A DNA stretch of 64,000 bases from Candidatus Heimdallarchaeota archaeon (lineage in GTDB: Archaea > Asgardarchaeota > Heimdallarchaeia > Hodarchaeales > Hodarchaeaceae): positions 4,325,589-4,389,588 of the forward strand of contig CP070695.1 of the NCBI GenBank assembly GCA_020353515.1, read 5' to 3'. Below, piece by piece: positions 59,488 through 64,000 of this stretch. The notes under the pieces were generated by a model. The model saw nothing but the letters and a program-made list of their open reading frames with translations. It ran no database searches and was not told the DNA's origin. How positions within the stretch are numbered: position 1 is the first letter of the stretch; each line of letters opens with the position of its first letter. A program made the position numbers and the translations under genes.

Positions 59488-60429
59488 ATGTTTTACGAGG
59501 AAGATAATCCACCAGATATCTCTATATCGGAGGTAATGAGATCAATTGAGATTTTGTTCCCAAATATCAAGGAACAAGAAATCAAATTTCATTATCATGG
59601 AAGCTATAATGTATTCGAGATTAAAGGGGAGTATATCTTTCGATTTCCTGATAAATCATTCTTTGGTGAGAGAGGCTTTGAGCTAATCCAACGAGAAGTA
59701 CAACTTCTGGATTTAATCCGTAATAAGATTTCTCTACAAATACCTAAACCAATCTACCTATCTACTGATCCAAATAATCCCTTTGTGGGGTATGAAAAAA
59801 TACATGGCATTTCGCTCTCAAGATGTTTCGACAGAACCACTAAAGCTGATCAAAAGAGCATTGCTATCCAGCTTGGAGGATTTCTTTCAGAACTTCACTC
59901 CTCTAAAATATATCAAAAATTTTGTACAACTTGGAAGAGTGAGCTGGAGTTTAATCCCTCTCGGTATCAATCGTATTGGCAAGATTACTTTCAAAGTGTT
60001 CAAGACAAGGTTTACCCCCTGTTGAATTCGAGACAAAAAAAATGGGTCACGAAAATCTTTCAGGCATTTTTGGAGGAAAAAAAGAATTTTGAGTTTATTC
60101 CGCGTGTCATTCACGGGGATTTTGATACTTCAAATGTCATTGTTGATCCAACATCATTTAAAGTCACAGGTATAATAGATTTTGAAGAAACAGGGGTTTA
60201 TGATCCAGCAGGAGACTTTATATTTTTTGATGAAGGTGAATTCTTTCTAAATCACTTGTTAGCTAATTATAACGGAATCAAGGATTGTCAATTGAAAGAT
60301 AGGATGAAATTCCTGTATTGTCGTGCTGGTTTGATTTATGTTCTTACTGGTTTAGACTATAATATTCCTAAGATGGTTGAATATGGACTCTATCTAATAA
60401 GAGAACGAATGAAAAGGTTTCCCGAATAA
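59488..60429 (+). CDS. Aminoglycoside-phosphotransferase-fold kinase
   Basis: IFRFP, IPKP, IHGDFDTSNV, GIIDFE, DPAGDF. Confidence 0.88.
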   Translation: MFYEEDNPPDISISEVMRSIEILFPNIKEQEIKFHYHGSYNVFEIKGEYIFRFPDKSFFGERGFELIQREVQLLDLIRNKISLQIPKPIYLSTDPNNPFVGYEKIHGISLSRCFDRTTKADQKSIAIQLGGFLSELHSSKIYQKFCTTWKSELEFNPSRYQSYWQDYFQSVQDKVYPLLNSRQKKWVTKIFQAFLEEKKNFEFIPRVIHGDFDTSNVIVDPTSFKVTGIIDFEETGVYDPAGDFIFFDEGEFFLNHLLANYNGIKDCQLKDRMKFLYCRAGLIYVLTGLDYNIPKMVEYGLYLIRERMKRFPE

Positions 60430-60432
60430 GAT

Positions 60433-61326
60433 TTATTTGAATTTGCAGAAAATTTCTCCCTCAGAAGTAAGCTGAACAAGAGATTTGTTCTCTATTGGAT
60501 CTAATTGCCACTTAGAAACGTTGTGCTTGTTTTTATAATTATCAACAACTGTAGAGGAGCATATTACTCGAAAATTATTGTAATTTCCAATGAATAACCG
60601 ATAATAGGGCATATAAGCGTTTGATCTATCACTTAAGGCAGAACAAATGATTAGTTGGGGTTGATCATCATTAACCTCTGCCATTATAAGCTGCATTTGA
60701 TAGTTTGTGTTTTCCTCTTGATGTTTATCGATTAGCTCCTGTAAAATTGGTATCCAAAAATCCTCTATGTGGTTAGTAGAAGATTCTTCTAATAACCTTT
60801 GTTTGATATACCAGCTTAAGAGTTGAGTATCAGAAACTTGATTAGATGGCTGGGATGAGGTATCTAACAGCTCGTAAAGAATGTCAGAATTTAGAGTTCC
60901 ATTATGACTCAGAAAGATCTTCCTCAAATTCGTATCCTCATGAATCAACAATGGTTGTACCTGTTGAAACGTCACCGGCATACTAACACTTGCTCTTCTT
61001 GCATGAGCTAATAAGATTTGATTTGTAGATTTAAGAAAGGGAGAATTTATGATTGATTGAGTTAGACTATTTTTTTTATAAGAGAAAGCAGGCTTTAAGT
61101 CTTGATTTTTGTGTTCCCATTTAATTTTACCATTGTGATCAGTACCAAGGGTTACAACGCCCCATCCATCTTTATGAACACAATTCCTTATTGGAACACC
61201 ATAGACTTGGTTTAGATAATGATCGTTCTTAGTAGATTTTAACCAGGCAATAAACCAATCTCTCAGTAGATGTCTATAGGTTTTTTTCTGATCATGGTTT
61301 ACCCATAGACCCAATAACCGACACAT
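60433..61326 (-). CDS. Class II (Ntn) glutamine amidotransferase, EgtC/Dug3-like gamma-glutamyl hydrolase
   Basis: N-terminal MCRLLG (Cys2 nucleophile), HKDGWG, AHARRAS, HNG, SDT. Confidence 0.85.
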   Translation of the reverse strand: MCRLLGLWVNHDQKKTYRHLLRDWFIAWLKSTKNDHYLNQVYGVPIRNCVHKDGWGVVTLGTDHNGKIKWEHKNQDLKPAFSYKKNSLTQSIINSPFLKSTNQILLAHARRASVSMPVTFQQVQPLLIHEDTNLRKIFLSHNGTLNSDILYELLDTSSQPSNQVSDTQLLSWYIKQRLLEESSTNHIEDFWIPILQELIDKHQEENTNYQMQLIMAEVNDDQPQLIICSALSDRSNAYMPYYRLFIGNYNNFRVICSSTVVDNYKNKHNVSKWQLDPIENKSLVQLTSEGEIFCKFK

Positions 61327-61329
61327 TGT

Positions 61330-61692
61330 TTATTTCTCGCTATACTGTTCAATCAGGCTTCTTGAGGGGTAGTAGGTAAAGGTGCTAAATTGCATTCCGT
61401 TAGGAATTGTCTTTACTTCTACAAGAATCCGGTGATATAAGGAACCCTCCCCTTCAATTAAGTCAATTTCTGTCCAATGAGCTTGGGTTAGCTGGAAGTA
61501 AATCTCTCCTGTAACATTTGATCCCTTATCTTGGACTATGAATGGAAATCCCAGTTCTGGAGGAGTAACTTTTCGATACCCAGGTAATATAGCCTTTTTG
61601 AATTCCAATCCACTTAGGAGAAAATTTCGACTTTGGCCAGATTGTAATGTCCCATAGGTAAATAATCGGTCACAATTTTGATTATCAATCAT
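61330..61692 (-). CDS. gamma-glutamylcyclotransferase (AIG2/GGACT-like)
   Basis: LFTYGTL, VTGEIY, IDLIEG, YHRI. Confidence 0.88.
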   Translation of the reverse strand: MIDNQNCDRLFTYGTLQSGQSRNFLLSGLEFKKAILPGYRKVTPPELGFPFIVQDKGSNVTGEIYFQLTQAHWTEIDLIEGEGSLYHRILVEVKTIPNGMQFSTFTYYPSRSLIEQYSEK

Positions 61693-61731
61693 TAGGAAAT
61701 AAGGTCTCCCTTTAAAAAGTCATCTTCATTG

Positions 61732-63171
61732 TTAAAATCCAAAGCCACCAAAAAGACTTCGTGAAAGATAATCTGATCTACTTAAGGCAACCAAAATACG
61801 GTCTTTATTATCTAATGGGATTTTAATTCCTTGAACATCAAGTGTATTAGTTATTTTAATTCCTTGAAAGTTAGTAACAATATTTTCTTCCTCTTGATAA
61901 GTGAGCTTGTAATCTACGGATAATTTTCCTTGAACCTGAGTTCCACGAGAAACACCATATTTTCTCCCTCGCGAACCAGTGATTGTTCGGGATTTGTTTA
62001 ATTGGACTACGGCATAAACCTTTCCCTGTTGCCGAAGTTCTTCAATTTTTCGGGTGGCAAATTCTACTTCCAATTCACCTTGTCGGTAGTCAGTTCTAAT
62101 CTTTGGAAGTCTTTTTATCTTAACTCCAAGCATTTCTTGATATTTCTCCGTTTCTTTTATCCAATGAGTAATACTTTCCTGTAACGAAAGTTCTCTACCA
62201 TTACGTAAGAAATGGGCATTAACACCATTGAAAATCGCACGTTCAACGTTAGCTATGTGATTAGGGTCAGGGATGATTTCTCCTGTTGTATAGAGGTAAA
62301 TCGCATGTAATGCTGAAACACAACACAGATACACAAGATCCAGGAGATAGTCAAGATCTTGTTGAACATCAAAAATTCTCACTTCAACCCGATTAGTTGT
62401 TAACGAGGAATCCTCATCCTCACCTATATTTGTTAATGGTCCTCTAGGTGTAATATCTACAAGCCTCTCACCTCTAGGATTAGTTATGACCTTTTTCACG
62501 CTCTCGCCTGCTATACGTAAGGTGTATCGCATTCTACCATAGTACTGCATGGGAATTAAGGCAGCATTTCGTTTTGGAATCTGAATTTGAGATGAACCAT
62601 TTGGTTTGAGAACGGTGGAATTGCTTATTCTATTACTAGCTATATTCGTCTGAGATCCTTGAAGTATTGGAGTGTTTGCAGATAGTGCAATCAATTCAGG
62701 AAGATAATTCCAAAGATAGTTATGGACTGCAGCTAGCTCTTCAGCATTCATGAATCCCCCTATTTGGGCAGAAACATTGATATGGGTTCCACTCATTGGA
62801 TGAGGATCGCTCTGTATAGGATGCATACTTTGAGAGAATATTCGATACCCTAATTGCGTTGCCGCATCAGAAAGGAGTTTTCTACCGGCTTTCATTGCTT
62901 CAGCAATATCTTTAGGTGGAAGTGGTAGAGTGACATATTCAATCTGACTTGGTGATGGCTCTGCATCCAATCCTCGAATCTTTAGCTGAAGAAAATCTAA
63001 CCGGTTAGAATCCTGTTCTAGAATCTCTGCAGCTCTCACCATCAATTCATCTGCAGCATTTACTAATGTCCCATCTTGATTTATAATTAGAAACTCTTCT
63101 TCAATCCCGCAGAGAACATTATAATTCTGGCATGGGTCTTCGGAGATTTCCTTTTTTTTTCTCTGAAGCAT
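61732..63171 (-). CDS. Glutamate-cysteine ligase family 2 (GCS2) carboxylate-amine ligase with C-terminal extension
   Basis: GIEEEF, QIEYVT, GTHINVS, LIALSANTP, SNR, RVEVRIFD. Confidence 0.85.
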   Translation of the reverse strand: MLQRKKKEISEDPCQNYNVLCGIEEEFLIINQDGTLVNAADELMVRAAEILEQDSNRLDFLQLKIRGLDAEPSPSQIEYVTLPLPPKDIAEAMKAGRKLLSDAATQLGYRIFSQSMHPIQSDPHPMSGTHINVSAQIGGFMNAEELAAVHNYLWNYLPELIALSANTPILQGSQTNIASNRISNSTVLKPNGSSQIQIPKRNAALIPMQYYGRMRYTLRIAGESVKKVITNPRGERLVDITPRGPLTNIGEDEDSSLTTNRVEVRIFDVQQDLDYLLDLVYLCCVSALHAIYLYTTGEIIPDPNHIANVERAIFNGVNAHFLRNGRELSLQESITHWIKETEKYQEMLGVKIKRLPKIRTDYRQGELEVEFATRKIEELRQQGKVYAVVQLNKSRTITGSRGRKYGVSRGTQVQGKLSVDYKLTYQEEENIVTNFQGIKITNTLDVQGIKIPLDNKDRILVALSRSDYLSRSLFGGFGF

Positions 63172-63216
63172 GAAACATCACATTTGACTAAAGATATTCA
63201 GTGTGGTACTAATATT

Positions 63217-64000
63217 TTAACGATTTTTTATTGATTCTATCACTAGCTCGGAGATATCTTTTATGGCTAGTTTGTTTTCCAATCCTTCAGTCTTAATTGC
63301 TTCATCAAGCATACAATAGCAACTCGGACAGGATACAATCAACTGCGTAGCTCCAGTTTCATAGGCTTCCCTTACTCTAATTCTACTAGGACTGTCTGTT
63401 GATCTTCCTAAGAGATCAAAGACGAAGTTTCCACTTCCACCACCACAACAAAAAGAATTATCTCTAGTTCTCTCCATCTCAACTAGCTCGACTCCAGGGA
63501 TCCACCTTATTAGTTCTCTTGGGGCATCATAGATTTTATTATACCTTCCCAAGAAACAAGGATCGTGGTAAGTTACCTTGGCATTGATTGATGAGAATTC
63601 TAAGTTTTTGTCATTAATTAGTTCAGAAAAAACTTGAGTATAGTGGTATATTTCAATTTCCCCAAGATTCCCATACTTATTTTTCATTGCATTATAACCA
63701 TGAGGAGAAAGGGTGATGATCTTTTTTACACCAAGTTCTCTATATTTTTTGGCATTTCTATCGGCTAACTCTCGAAATAAGCCTTTTTCTCCAATGAAAA
63801 GCACTTCATTGCCATCACAATCCTCATTGGAACCAAGAATCCCAAAAGAAATTCCTGCTGCTTTTAAAAAATCAGCAATAGTTGTAGCCATCCTCTGTCC
63901 TTGCTTTTCGTAAGATCCAGCGCATCCTACATAGAAAAGATAATCATTGTCATTTGAAAAAAGGTTTATTCCTTTAGCCCAAACATCTCTTTCGTTTCGA
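63217..64000 (-). CDS. CCG-domain (HdrD/GlpC-like) Fe-S oxidoreductase (5' partial)
   Basis: YLFYVGC upstream in frame, YHDPCFLGR, CCGGG, SCPSC; frame open to the window end. Confidence 0.88.
   Translation of the reverse strand, partial: RNERDVWAKGINLFSNDNDYLFYVGCAGSYEKQGQRMATTIADFLKAAGISFGILGSNEDCDGNEVLFIGEKGLFRELADRNAKKYRELGVKKIITLSPHGYNAMKNKYGNLGEIEIYHYTQVFSELINDKNLEFSSINAKVTYHDPCFLGRYNKIYDAPRELIRWIPGVELVEMERTRDNSFCCGGGSGNFVFDLLGRSTDSPSRIRVREAYETGATQLIVSCPSCYCMLDEAIKTEGLENKLAIKDISELVIESIKNR

Noticed and set aside
59488-60429. Aminoglycoside-resistance gene, or member of the gamma-glutamyl operon
   Set aside because: Only the general APH/choline-kinase fold is supported, and it is convergent with, not co-transcribed with, the operon.
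60433-63171. Ergothioneine operon (egtA/egtC)
   Set aside because: No EgtB sulfoxide synthase or EgtD methyltransferase adjacent, and a cyclotransferase is not part of that pathway.
653-63913. Numerous 60-200 aa ORFs nested in or antisense to longer genes (e.g. 653..997, 25225..25824, 41480..41779, 54075..54353)
   Set aside because: They overlap well-supported CDS and lack motifs; treated as shadow ORFs.

Overview
AT-rich, gene-dense archaeal chromosomal segment with about 50 CDS. I recognised no rRNA, tRNA, CRISPR array or transposase. Several gene styles point to an Asgard archaeon, probably Heimdallarchaeia/Hodarchaeales (inference): degenerate Rab-like GTPase folds, surface proteins with S/T linker + PG-like motif + TM + basic tail, single-pass receptor-wHTH fusions, and tandem Lrp/GbsR regulators. 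Most of the window is metabolic or transport: an XPB-like helicase (5' truncated), MFS/ABC/LysE/CDF transporters, hydrolases, Xth, nitroreductase, DDAH, DppA, threonine dehydratase, an AOR operon, Ppa and a CCG-domain Fe-S protein (5' truncated). Leads most worth following: (1) an ABC-type ATPase (AAA_15/21 + DUF3696) paired with a MITD1-C/PLD-like HDR protein, a candidate two-gene defence system; (2) a gamma-glutamyl ligase + cyclotransferase + class II amidotransferase 'writer/two erasers' operon; (3) two P-loop-less Rab-like pseudo-GTPases flanking a Cys-rich protein and a GC-rich structured RNA candidate; (4) a DUF134 regulon with a visible 18-bp palindromic operator and apparent ATT/ACG/CTG start codons; (5) an RHH gene with three palindromic operator copies; (6) a triple-repeat surface protein and transmembrane transcription factors. 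All family calls come from motif recognition by eye; no database searches were run.
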